NCBI GenBank assembly: GCA_002269645.1
Contig: NIVC01002665.1
Location: 1 to 64,000, forward strand
Source of the DNA: Macrostomum lignano
Lineage: Eukaryota
DNA: 64,000 nucleotides
Reading direction: 5' to 3'
The translations under genes and the position numbers were made by a program. Shown here in pieces: positions 41,324 to 53,738 of this stretch. The first letter of the stretch is position 1, and each line of letters begins with the position of its first letter. A model generated the notes under the pieces. That model did not search any database, had not been told where the DNA came from, and saw only the letters and a program-made list of their open reading frames with translations.

Positions 41324-43506
41324 ATGACTGAGCAGGATGAGCCACAACATGATGAGTACGGCCTGAGAGATGATCAGCTAGCAGCAATGGAGGAGTTAGA
41401 CAGGCTGCAGACAATCAGCGCTGATGATTGGACTGGTGTGTCAAGCTCTCTTTTTGCCACTATGTGTCCTACTTTCAAAATTTCCTTTGATTTGATGCGA
41501 TTATTAATGCCTAAATAAATAAAAATTCCAGAGGAAGCCGACGATGAATTTCTAAAGGCTTTGCAAGGTGAGCTGAAATACGATTTACTTGAATTTGCTT
41601 CAAGGCAACTTCAAAGTTCCAGAAGATAAAGCTGAAGAACTCCATGCTGGATGTAGAGGGCAGTCAGTTTTTGGAGAATTTAATTGGCCTGAAAAATACG
41701 TTTCAAAATCGACCACCGGTGCCCTTCGCAGAGCCCGGCCCCGACTACGAGGATACCCTGGCCCGGCTCGACCAGCTCAATGCCGAACTGGAGCGTGAAC
41801 CGTCGCCAGAGGAATCCGCGGCCAGGCCGTCACGGGTTCGATTCAGCGCCGAGCTCGTCCAGGTCGCCCCGTCGCCGTCACCACCGACGCAGCTACCGGC
41901 CGAGGACGAGGCCGATTCAGACGATTCGCCGCCTCAGACGCCACCCGAGCAGCGGCCGGAGACCGACAGCGACGACGCTGAGAAATCGACGCCGGATCGC
42001 CAGCAACCAGTGGAGACGGACGGCGGCGGCGACCAGCCGGGCTCAGGGAAGGTGCTTATAGTCAGCGACGGTGGCCAGTACAAGTACGTCGATAGGCGAG
42101 AGGTGGAAGCCGATCAAATCGACAGCGACAGCGACGAAGATCTGGAGCTGAGCGGCCGCGACAGCGAAAGCAACGGGGAGCCGAGCGGCGGTGGCGGCGG
42201 TCCACGCGGCCGGCCGAGCTCGGCGCCGCGGCAGCAACGGCGCGACTCAAACGGCCGCTCGTCAGTCAACGGCAACGGCCGGCCGGGCAGCGCGCGTAGC
42301 AACGGTTGCCAGGACGAGCGGGAGCGGGACAACGAGCTGGCATTCCAGGCCTGGCTGCGGGCCAAGCGGCAGCAGCAGCGGCGGGAGCGGCGAGAGCGGG
42401 AGCGCCGCGAGGAGGCCGAGGCGCGTGAGCGCGCGCAGCGTCAAGACAATGGCGCCGGCTTTGATGCTTGGCTGCGCGCCAAAAGTGAGCAGCAGAAAGA
42501 CGAGAAGGAGCGCCAAGAGGCGGAGCGGCGGCAGCGGCAGCAGGAAGAGCAGGAGCAGCAAGAGCGCCAGCGGAATGGCAAGCCGAGCTTCGAAGACTGG
42601 CTGCAGAGCAAGCGGAAGCAGCAGAAGAAGGAGAAGAAATACCAAGAGATGGAGCGCGAGGAGATGATTGAGCACTCTGAGACGCGCACTTCAAGGCAGT
42701 GCCGGAGGGCTTTCAAGCTGTAAGTGAATTTATTTTATTGCACTTCGAAATTCTTTCCAGAACAAGCATTTGCTAATCCTTAATCCAATGTGACAGGTGC
42801 AAGAGCAGAGAGTACTGACCCAGCTTTGATCCACCAGCCCATGTTGGACAGGTTGCAGCTAAAATTCACTTAGTGAAGCTTAGAAACACTGAGCCGCGTT
42901 AATTCTTGCTGACAGAGTTTTTTAGCTTGCCTACCAATGGGTTCAAATATGTGCCTCAATCCAATGCATAATTGATCTCTGAAGGAGACCCTACCCGGCC
43001 TCCAGCTTCAGGGATGCGTCGTTCAATTTTATTTAGGACAAAATCGATAAGAAATACTCAATGCGACTACTAACAGTAGAAGAGTTGGTTTCTTAATTCA
43101 ATTAAGCGCAAGTATACGTAATACGCAGAGAATGCTGGCATCGGTTTCAGTGACGAGTTGTCAATGTGGGGTGATTTCGGTGTAGAAAACTAAGCACAAA
43201 ACTGTATTTTCTTTTTGCTGTCTGGTAATTTCCTGGTTTGCATTTTCTTACTCGCAAGCGGCTGGCTGTGAACAAAAATTTGAATCATTTAGAGCCATTG
43301 GACTGTACTCATTCAAAACCCGTTAATTCTCTGCCAGGTGGCTCCGTCGCAAGGAAGAGCAGAAACTATACGAGGAGATGTGCGAGCGACAGCGGGCCCG
43401 CGTGACCCAGCTGGCCATGCGCCGGTCAAGGAAGTCGCAGGCTCTGGCCAATGCTCTACTTGTAGCCAGCTCCTACAAGTACATGGACTACTATGGGTAC
43501 CGCTGA
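41324..43506 (+). CDS. CCDC181: CCDC181-like coiled-coil protein, about 434 aa
   Basis: join(41324..41435, 41532..41567, 41732..42719, 43338..43506), phases 1,1,2. Repeated F-x-x-W-L motifs (AFQAWLRAK, FDAWLRAK, FEDWLQSK, AFKLWLRRK) resemble the CCDC181 C-terminus as I recall it. The 5' exons are less certain. Confidence 0.7.
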
Positions 43507-43770
43507 TTCCCCAGCTCCTACAAGTACATGGACTACTATGGGTACCGCTGATTCCTCAGCTCCTACAAGTACATGGACTACTATGGGTACCGCTGATTCC
43601 TCAGCTCCTACAAGTACATGGACTACTATGGGTACCGCTGATTCCTCAGCTCCTACAAGTACATGGACTACTATGGGTACCGCTGATTCCTCAGCTCCTA
43701 CAAGTACATGAACTACTATGGGTACCGCTGATTCCCCAGATCCTACAAGTACACGAAGTACTATAGGAAA
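43467..43770 (+). repeat. 45-bp tandem repeat made of the last CCDC181 codons plus the stop codon (6 full copies, 1 degenerate)
   Basis: Unit CAGCTCCTACAAGTACATGGACTACTATGGGTACCGCTGATTCC(C/T). Confidence 0.95.
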
Positions 43771-44890
43771 AGCTGATTCCCTGAATTGGTACCGCTAATT
43801 TTCTATGGCAGCCCGTGAACTCCCAGTTCTCACTTTAGGTCAACTGCACCAGATCGATTGATGCTGCACTCAAAAATCCTGAAATTTTTGCCAAAGACTT
43901 GCTTTCTCTGCACAAACTGCATTGGCGAGAGAAGGAATTTTTCAGGTTTTTAGCACTGCGATATCTCACCTTCTTGACTCCCGGACATGTCCGAGGCGCA
44001 CTCACAAGTTTATAGAGGAAAAAGCTAGAGCAAAGTTTCATTGCAGAGCGGCAATGCTCAAACTTCAGCTTGATAAACTTGTGACTGCATCTCACGGACA
44101 AAATGCATGCTTGCTTTATTGGCAATTCGGAAGTCCAGAAGGTGTTTTATCTTCAATAAAGAAGTAAAAACCTGCAAAATTTCAATCCTGCAACGAAATT
44201 TGCACGGTTCGCCCATGTCCATATTCTCACTGTTCGCTGTTTGCTAAATGTTTAAAATTTTCGCGTAATTTATTTGTTTTGGCAATGATAACTGCTATAA
44301 AATATTAGCTAGTGAACTTAGATAGTTCGTACTGCTCTCCTTAGCTGCGTATCGTCTATTTTTATTATCTCAATAATTACTACATATTTTATACAAGAAT
44401 AATAAAGGCCTACTAGCAGCCTGAGCTATATACTAAGCCCGCTTCCCAATTACTTGAACTTATCTATGATAAATCAATTTACTTATATTTGTTGTTAACC
44501 GAATCTCCTAGCAGCAGCTATATCTGTTCTTCCTTCGTGGTTTGCTTTTTTACCCGTTTAAATCCAAGTTTTTCTGCGTCAGCTCATTTATAAATAATTT
44601 TAGCTGCCGTAGTATGTTTTCTATGTGTACCGTTTGTAAAACGACATTTTAAAAAAATTGAAGAGAAAAGAAGAAAATGATTTTTTTATTGTTAATTTTG
44701 GCATTACTGAACATTTGTTTGAAATTCCCATGGAGCTGCCTCATCTGAGCTTGGGTGTGTACTCGTACAGATGTAAACTAGTGAATGAAGACGCTGTCGT
44801 CTTCAAAGGTGGGACGATGGGTATATATTGTGTCCATTATTGTTTATGGCTATGACATCTATTTATTTAACCTAAATTGAGAGCTAAAAA

Positions 44891-47480
44891 GCCCCCCCCC
44901 ACGCCCCTGGCATTAGTTAGTCTAGTGGTATAGTGGGGGGCTGGCCGCCCCCACGCCCCTGGCATTAGTTAGTCTAGTGGTAAAGTGGGGGCTGGCCGCC
45001 CCCACGCCCCTGGCATTAGTTATTCTAAGTGGTATACTGGGGGCTGGCCGCCCCCACGCCCCTGGCATTAGTTAGTCTAGTGGTATAGTGGGGGCTGGCC
45101 GCCCCCACGCCCCTGGCATTAGTTAGTCTAGTGGTATAGTGGGGGGCTGGCCGCCCCCCACGTCACTGGCATTAGTTAATCTAGTGGTATAGTGGTATAG
45201 TGGGGGGCTAGCCGCCCCCACGCCCCTGGCATTAGTTAGTCTAGTGGTATAGTGGGGGGCTGGCCGCCCCCACGCCCCTGGCATTTATTAGTCTAGTGGT
45301 ATAGTGGGGGGCTGGCCGCCCCCCACGCCCCTGGCATTAGTTAGTCTAGTGGTATAGTGGGGGGCTAGCCGCCCCCCCCCACGCCCCTGGCATTAGTTAG
45401 TCTAGTGGTATAGTGGGGGGCTGGCCGCCCCCCACGCCCCTGGCATTAGTTAGTCTAGTGGTATAGTGGTATAGTGGGGGGCTAGCCGCCCCCACGCCCT
45501 GGCATTAGTTAGTCTAGTGGTATAGTGGTATAGTGGGGGGCTGGCCGCCCCCACGCCCCTGCTATTAGTTAGTCTAGTGGTATAGTGGGGGGCTAGCCGC
45601 CCCCCACGCCCCTGGCATTAGTTAGTCTAGTGGTATAGTAGGGGGCTGGCCGCCCCCACGCCCCTGGCATTAGTTAGTCTAGTGGTATAGTGGGGGCTGG
45701 CCGCCCCCCACGCCCCTGGCATTAGTTAGTCTACGTGGTATAGTGGGGGGCTGGCCGCCCCCCACGCCCCTGGCATTAGTTAGTCTAGTGGTATAGTGGT
45801 ATAGTGGGGGCTGGCCGCCCCCCACGCCCCTGGCATTAGTTAGTCTAGTGGTATAGTAGGGGGCTGGCCGCCCCCCACGCCCCTGGCATTAGTTAGTCTA
45901 GTGGTATAGTGGGGGGCTCGCCGCACCCCACGCCCCTGGCATTAGTTAGTCTAGTAGTATAGTGGGGGCTGGCCGCCCCCACGCCCCTGGCATTAGTTAG
46001 TCTAAGTGGTATAGTGGGGGCTGGCCGCCCCCACGCCCCTGGCATTAGTTAGTCTAGTGGTATAGTGGTATATTGGGGGCTGGCCGCCCCCACGCCCCTG
46101 GCATTAGTTAGTCTAGTGGTATAGTAGGGGGCTGGCCGCCCCCACACCCCTGGCATTAGTTAGTCTAGTGGTATAGTGGGGGCTGGCCGCCCCCACGCCC
46201 CTGGCATTTATTAGTCTAGTGGTATAGTGGGGGGCTGGCCGCCCCCACGCCCCTGGCATTTATTAGTCTAGTGGTATAGTGGGGGCTGGCTGCCCCCACG
46301 CCCCTGGCATTTATTAGTCTAGTGGTATAGTAGGGGGCTCGCCACCCCCACGCCCCTGGCATTAGTTAGTCTAGTGGTATAGTGGGGGGCTCGCCGCCCC
46401 CACGCCCCTGGCATTAGTTAGTCTAGTAGTATAGTGGGGGGCTGGCCGCCCCACGCCCCTGGCATTAGTTAGTCTAAGTGGTATAGTGGGGGGCTGGCCG
46501 CCCCCACGCCCCTGGCATTAGTTAGTCTAGTGGTATAGTGGTATATTGGGGGGCTGGCCGCCCCCCACGCCCCTGGCATTAGTTAGTCTAAGTGGTATAG
46601 TGGGGGGCTGGCCGCCCCCCACGCCCCTGGCATTAGTTAGTCTAGTGGTATAGTGGTATATTGGGGGCTGGCCGCCCCCACGCCCCTGGCATTAGTTAGT
46701 CTAGTGGTATAGTAGGGGGCTGGCCGCCCCCACGCCCCTGGCATTTATTAGTCTAGTGGTATAGTGGGGGGCTGGCCGCCCCCCACGCCCCTGGCATTTA
46801 TTAGTCTAGTGGTATAGTAGGGGGCTCGCCGCCCCCATGCCCCTGGCATTAGTTAGTCTAGTGGTATAGTGGGAGGCTGGCCGCCCCCCACGCCTCTGGC
46901 ATTTATTAGTCTAGTGGTATAGTGGGGGGCTCGCCGCACCCCACGCCCCTGGCATTAGTTAGTCTAGTAGTATAGTGGGGGGCTGGCCGCCCCCCACGCC
47001 CCTGGCATTAGTTAGTCTAGTGGTATAGTGGGGGCTAGCCGCCCCCACGCCCCTGGCATTAGTTAGTCTAGTGGTATAGTGGTATAGTGGGGGCTGGCCG
47101 CCCCCACGCCCCTGGCATTAGTTAGTCTAGTGGTATAGTGGGGGGCTGGCCGCCCCCCACGCCCCTGGCATTAGTTAGTCTTGTGGTATAGTGGGGGGCT
47201 GGCCGCCCCCCACGCCCCTGGCATTAGTTAGTCTAGTGGTTTAGTGGTATAGTGGGGGGCTAGCCGCCCCCCACGCCCCTGGCATTAGTTAGTCTAGTGG
47301 TATAGTGGGGGGCTGGCCGCCCCCCACGCCCCTGGCATTAGTTAGTCTAGTGGTATAGTGGGGGGCTGGCCGCCCCCCACGCCCCTGGCATTAGTTAGTC
47401 TAAGTGGTATAGTGGGGGGCTGGCCGCCCCCCACGCCCCTGGCATTAGTTAGTCTAGTGGTAAAGGGGGGCTGGCTCCCC
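44891..47480. repeat. About 52-bp satellite, roughly 49 copies, each with a G/C hairpin and a CTAG
   Basis: Unit GGGGG(G)CTGGCCGCCCCC(C)ACGCCCCTGGCATTAGTTAGTCTAGTGGTATAGT. Confidence 0.95.
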
Positions 47481-47791
47481 CACCGCTCCACCACCCCTCG
47501 AGAACTTTTCCCACATCTAAACACGTCTTTGTAATATGTTACAACTATATTCTAGCCTTCAAACGACCAGACATCAAATACTTGCTTGCCGACATGTATC
47601 GTAATATACTTTTTGCACTAACAATCATATGTGCCGCACTAAAAGATTCTCTGTTACTCTTTAAATACGTATAAAAAGAAAAATAAATTTAAATAAATGT
47701 AATTTAATTGTATAAAAAACATAATAGTTAGAGAAATAAAAATACTAAAAATCTGTTTGCTCTAAAAGAACTTTAAACTAAGAAATTTTTT

Positions 47792-47858
47792 GGATCTCTT
47801 GGGAATCGAACCCTGCGGGACTCAGTTATATGGAAACTGACTCTGCCACTGAGCCACA
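47792..47858 (-). pseudogene. tRNA-like relic or SINE head
   Basis: A-box TGGCTCAGTGG, B-box GGTTCGATTCC, D arm and anticodon arm (CAGTT-TCCATAT-AACTG) form; the acceptor stem does not pair. Confidence 0.5.
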
Positions 47859-49531
47859 AATTGCTTACTAAGTTGGCCTATAGTACACGTATTTTATATC
47901 GAATATCGCTAATAACAGCCATTTCTACCATTTTTGCTGCTTTTTCATACATTTCTGCTCGTTGCATCGCAACACTTCTACCTAAAAATACGAGTCGCAT
48001 GTCGTTACAGAGATAACATCAAGGCGCATTCATCCAATGCATTTTCAAATTATGTCAACAAATTTTTCGGCTGCTAGGCGCCAAAATATTAATTTTCACC
48101 TGTTCTGACAGGTAATCAAACAGGTATTAAGACCTGTTAACCTAAGAATCAGTTTTCAAAACTGATTTAGCTGCATAATGCATCCATAGTGCTGTTTTTA
48201 GACACCAAACTTGAGTCTCTAGGTCTCGCCAATGCAGAGTTATTAGCAAAAGTATGCTCAAAATTTGCCCGAAAATGGCCTACTCAAAATTTGGAGCCAA
48301 TTTTCTCAAAAATACGAATTTTCCAGCCATATTGGCGTATGACCGGTGAAACTTTAGCTATTCGACTAAACAATATTGAAAATGCAGAAAAATCGGTGCG
48401 CAAAATTTCTTATTTTTCCACTCCAAAGTTTGTACCCCCAAATGGGCCGTTTTTCACTTAACAGGTAAAAAGTACCTGTTAACAGGGGTTTTTTCAGGAG
48501 TGTCTTATGTCATTCAAAAGGGCATCCGATGGGCTACAATTTGACACTACACTCGAAAAAATTCGCCCCATTTTAAAAAATTTTTCCTAACAACGTCTGA
48601 TTTTCTGCAGAGCCCCCGGCCTCTTTTTTCCCCGGTTTCCGGGTCACTGCTCCGCACAGGTAGGTCCAAATGCTTAGAAAATTCAGGAAAACAAATTTTC
48701 ATATGTTTGACACATTGTGTTAAAGTCTCAACACCGTAGCATAAAACACTTTCTTATTTTTTGGGACTACTTTTAAAAAACGTGACCCAATTTTTCGAAA
48801 ATGTCGTTTTTAGGCACTCTTTGGCACCTGGGCAGGTTATTGATGGCCCAATCGGCCAAATCTCGATGTTTCCGATTAAAAGACATCTATTTGAGTTATT
48901 TGGTATGCAAAACAGCAAAAATAAAGTTTTCCATCTCGACGCCATAGGCCTCACAAAAGTGCACTAAAAATTTGTACTTTTAAACAGCAGATAGGCAGCC
49001 ATGTGAAAAGTACATTTTAGCCCTAAAAACTATAGCGCATCAAACAGCCCCAGGTGTTATTGACGCTATGAGGCAGCTCAAAGGCCGCGCTATCGCGCGT
49101 CCTTTTCGCTGCGGTAAGGCAAAGTTGAAAAAAATGCCAAATTTTCGACCTCAAAAAACACGTTTTTTGTACTTTTAGCCTAGACGTTAAGGTACAATCA
49201 AAAAATCCATTTCGGATCATTGTAGCGTTTGAATGCCCGCGCTTACTGAGCCCACTCGCTAAGCGCTGCCATAATTTCCTGCCGCTGTAATTAAGATCAA
49301 AGTTTTTGAAAAAGTTGAAAAAACGCAGTTTTTGGTTGCCATGGCAACCAAAACGCGTCGCTATGGCAACCAAACACTGCGGCTCTGGTAGCCCCAAGTC
49401 TTTGACGCATTTTGGCAAAAACCGTTTGTAAATTGGTCGTACCGTTTTTTATTGGCAGCGTTTAAAAGTTGAAAAATGTCATTTTAGTGTATGACATATG
49501 GCCCACATCTTATCAGGGACGATTTCGCAAA

Positions 49532-49590
49532 AGTAAGCAGTATAGAAAAAAATTCTCGCTTCGCTCGCCTTTTTTTCTATACTACTTACT
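49532..49590. other. 21-bp inverted repeat (1 mismatch) with loop TTCTCGCTTCGCTCGCC
   Basis: AGTAAGCAGTATAGAAAAAAA at 49532-49552 and TTTTTTTCTATACTACTTACT at 49570-49590. Confidence 0.85.
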
Positions 49591-49599
49591 GGCTCCATC

Positions 49600-49758
49600 A
49601 TCCCACAACTAGGATGTACAAGCCGTGTCTTGAGGTTTAAAAGTCTGCTAAGGACTCCAGAGCCATCACTGCCTTAAAATTAACTCAGTTACACCAGGAA
49701 TCGAGCCCAGGTCCTCCTGGATAAGAGAACGATGCGATACCGTTGTGCCACAGCGTCC
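49600..49758 (-). mobile_element. Short tRNA-derived SINE related to family B
   Basis: Minus strand A-box TGGCACAACGG and B-box GGCTCGATTCC; body AACCTCAAGACAC...TGTACAT resembles family B. Confidence 0.55.
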
Positions 49759-50379
49759 TCCTCGCACTCAGCAGCATGCATTCGATTTTATGATTATCAG
49801 ATCAGCGCTGAAATGCTAATCTGCGACGCGACAAAAACCGCTGGCCAGAAACAGAGCAGACGCAGGCCGAGACCCCCATTATCACTGCATTGTTTCAGCT
49901 CAGAGATTGGCCTCTGTCATTTCCTGTCCAGATTTCTTATCATTTATGGTTGGCTTTAGCACGACCGCTATTTACATTGCTTGTTCTGCAATATGTTGAT
50001 AGCATTTGGAACAATGGACGCATTGTAAACAGAGTCTGATTATTATCAAGTGCAATTTTATTTGGCAAGAGTAAATATTGTGACAAAAATTGCAATGAAT
50101 CAAAGAGGGTCTTCAATTTGGGAGCCACTTGGTTGTTTTAGGAGGCAACGCTTAAGAATAGTAGAATACGAGCGTAACTACGCTCATGTGCGTTTTTAGA
50201 CAAGATTTTTGAATGCACTCAGAATAAATAAATTCACCAATTGTTCTCCATCTGCAAGCCTTACGCCCCACAGCATTTGATTGTCTTGGTTAGATCGGAA
50301 CCCACGGTTAAATATAGAGCAGGTAGGGATGCCGCCTACCAACCAGAAACTCCTGTCTTCATCAGGTGGTTTGCTTCGG

Positions 50380-51686
50380 TCAGAGCGGCGGCAGCTGCGG
50401 GTCGATGCCCTGGCCCAGCTGGAAGGTCTCTTCGAAGCGCCTGCGCATGTGCTCCCCGGTCTTCACCGGCGGGAAGCTGTCCGGGTCTCCTAGCAACGGT
50501 CGGACAGTGAAATCGTCGTCACAGTGCGTGAAGTACACCAGGCTGTAGCGAGGCTGGGAGCGCAGCTTCGGGTCAGTCGGTGCCAGCACTCGGTGTCTGG
50601 CGGAGTGCAGCCGACCGCCAGTCCAGCGCTGCATGAGGTCGCCGATGTTCACCAGGACGCGACCAGGACGCGGGTTCGCGTCAAGGTAGCGACCAGTCCT
50701 GGACAGCACCTGACGAGGACAATGGCAAATGTTTCAGACACAGAAAGCGTCAAACAAGTGAAGCAGCATGGAAGCTCACCTGCAGTCCGGGCTGCGAGTC
50801 GCAGAACACCAGCGTGATGCAACCGTAGTCGGTGTGCTCTCCGCATCGGTCGCCGCTGGCGGACCCATTGGTATCGGTGGACAGCGGCGGGTAGTGCAGC
50901 ATGCGCAGCTGGCTTGTGTTCGCCGGCGTGGGGAATCCCACGAAGGCGTCGGCCAGCTGGTCAGGAGGGCTGAGGCCGAGGCCCCCGCCGATCAGACGCA
51001 TCAGGCGCAGCGTCAGGTCCTGCGAGGAGCGTCAATAAGAGTTACTGAGGTGATGGGTGGCTGGATGCTGATCAGACGCTGGCGTCCTGCACTCGGTTTT
51101 AGGAGCGCCTTGTGACGCTGCTCCTCTGTTTTAAGTTCAGACTTTTGAGCAGCAAATTTTTGTTATTGTCGGTAGCAGCTCTGAGCTACTTAATGATGCA
51201 GAGTAGGTGAGAAACGTCTGAGGGTCTGTGCACTGCTTAAGCTGCAATTCCGATGCGTCAGACTCAACTTACCTGAGCCGCGCTGATGAGGTCCAGCGAA
51301 GCCTTCCGGAACGACTCCGAGGGCCAGACGGTGTCGTCACAGGTGTGGCACACGTCCAGCACCTCCTTCTCGTCTGGCGGAGCGTCGAGGCTGAACCGCT
51401 CGACGGGAGGCTCGTCCTGGTCACCGGTGCTGGCCCAGTGAGGCGGGATGTAGCCGCAGGTCGACTTGCGCCAGTCACGACGGTGCCGCAGCTTCTCGGA
51501 CAGCGGACGCTCGAAGAAGCCGGCCGACTCGGTGAAGGCGGACGCCACCGTCTCCTGCGGGACGCCGTGGCCGACCGCGTAGCAGAAGCCGACTGTGGTG
51601 AGCGCCGACACCAGCTGCTCAGCAACCACGGCCTCCGACTGCTGCGACATGTCGATCTCGGGAATCTCCTCAGTTTCAGCTGGCAT
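50380..51686 (-). CDS. 2-oxoglutarate/Fe(II) dioxygenase, IPNS-like (DIOX_N + 2OG-FeII_Oxy), copy A, 327 aa
   Basis: join(complement 51686..51273, 51019..50780, 50709..50380), all phase 0. Motifs GFCYAVGHGV, LRMLHYPP, GEHTDYG (HxD), VNIGDLMQRWT, HRV and RYS (RxS). Confidence 0.92.
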
Positions 51687-52954
51687 TTCGTTGCGATTCG
51701 CAAGTCTGTGGGTTAATCGGGTGTTCCGCGTGTCTGCTTGTGCGGGGCCGCTTTGCACTGGGCTCTGCTTTTGTACGCGGAGGGGAGGCCTTGCTGCTTG
51801 GCGGTGCAGGGAGGGAGCGGAGAGTCTGCCGTCAATGGCCCGGATTAGTCAATGGCTATGCAGACAGTGACGGAATAGACTGCGGTGACGGAGTTGCATT
51901 GCACACCTGTCCTATAGCGGGTGAATAATGGATGCACTCCAGCTGTACAACAGCGCTGCTTCGGCGTCCTTCCCTCGATCTTCTCTACTCCAGCCAGTTT
52001 CTTCTTGTTCTTATCGGTCCTTCAAGCATGCGCGAGTGACATTCCACTCCCTCCTCTCTATGCGACAGTTCTCCGTCTCTTTTACTGACAAAAATAGAAC
52101 GGCAAATGAGCTAATTCAAGCTCTGGTTGTTCCGTCGTGTGTCTTCATTGATTTTTAGGAACCTTTTATATCTTCGAACCTTTCATATGCCCGGCAAGCC
52201 TAAACCTAACCCTAACCATAGCCTTAATCCCAACTGAGATATGAAGTTTCGGATATGAAGTTTTGTTGATATGAAATTTCAATATGAAGTCTTGAAACAC
52301 ACGAGTCTGAACGCTAAAAGTAATTCTAGTTGATTTAGCTGAGAGCATATAAAGCATGTACAAGCTAAACTGCAAACTGTTTTTATGCGTATACGAGGTA
52401 AATTTAAAATGGAAGAGTCTTTTTTTCCATTGATGCCAAATAATTCGATGGTGACAGAAATAAGCTGTGCGCTCAGACAAAAGAAGGTCATACGCCAAGT
52501 ACAGATGCTGTTCTGTAGAATTCAGGCTTGTCCGCCCCATGCACTGCAAAATATTATCAGGGGCTAAGGCTTTTGTCAAGGCTTTAAGAAATTTTTATTT
52601 AAAAAAATATAATGATGCCGAGTATATTCATGGGTAACAAGAAGCAGTTTACCTAAAGAAAATTCGCAACTTTAACAAAATTTACTTTTTGGAAGAAAAT
52701 GAGGCAAATCTGAAAATACCTAATGGTAACACACGGTAATCATTGAGAATAATGTTACGCTAATTTATGCATAAAGATGAATTGTTTCATTGCATCTACT
52801 AAATTAACGCGACAAAAGGACAGAAATATTCAAACACTATTAGTGCATGTGGGAATATTGAATTTCTGGGTACCAAACAGCATTCTAATTGGTATTGAGT
52901 GGAAATCAACAGTTCAAGGAACGGCAGCATTTCCATCGTTGGCTTCGGCCCTGG

Positions 52955-53707
52955 TCAGAGCGGCGGCAGCTGCGGGTCGATGCCCTGGCCCAGCAGGAAG
53001 GTCTCTTCGAAGCGCCTGCGCATGTGCTCACCGGTCTTCACCGGCGGGAAGCTGTCCGGGTCTCCTAGCAACGGTCGGACAATGTGCTCGTCGTCGCACT
53101 GCGTGAAGTACACCAGGCTGTAGCGAGGCTGGGAGCGCAGCTTCGGGTCAGTCGGTGCCAGCACTCGGTGTCTGGCGGAGTGCAGCCGACCGCCAGTCCA
53201 GCGCTGCATGAGGTCGCCGATGTTCACCAGGACGCGACCAGGACGCGGGTTCGCGTCAAGGTAGCGACCAGACCTGGACAGCACCTGACAGGTGAGGATG
53301 GTGGTGTTTTTGCTAGGTTCACGATCATGCGAATTCTCTGCCTGAATTCACGCGTGAATTCACGATCATATAATACAATTGCCATTCACACAGTTGCATG
53401 GTAACTGCATATCAAAAGCTTATTTTTCTTGTAGGTTTTCTAGTCGTTAGAGCGTCGAACTCACGACTTGAAGGTCGGGGGTTCGATTTCCGATCCCACT
53501 CGGAACAATTTGTGTCCTTAAGCAAGATACTTCCGCCTGCATTGCTTCAGTTCACCCAGCTGTAAAATGGGTGCCAGCATTAGCTGGGGTAATTGAGGGT
53601 GCATGTGGCGACGCCCCAGTCCTTGGACAATAGCTGCGGCTGAGCTGTCGGTTGCACATCTGCCCATTAGGGCAGTTGTAATCAGTTATTATTATTATTA
53701 TTATTAC

Positions 53708-53738
<31 letters not shown>

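Noticed and set aside
41589-41731. ORF-track start MLDVEGSQF for the CCDC181-like gene
   Set aside because: A phase-1 acceptor (CCCTTCGCAG, ending at 41731) fits the upstream exons, and coding-like GC content begins there; this stretch is probably intron.
44891-47480. CRISPR-like appearance of this and other regular arrays
   Set aside because: Units are contiguous with no unique spacers, there are no cas genes, and the context is eukaryotic.
47792-47858. Possible tRNA-Met(CAT) gene
   Set aside because: The acceptor stem does not pair, the T-stem is only 3 bp and position 33 is C; treated as a relic. The other A/B-box hits are SINE heads.
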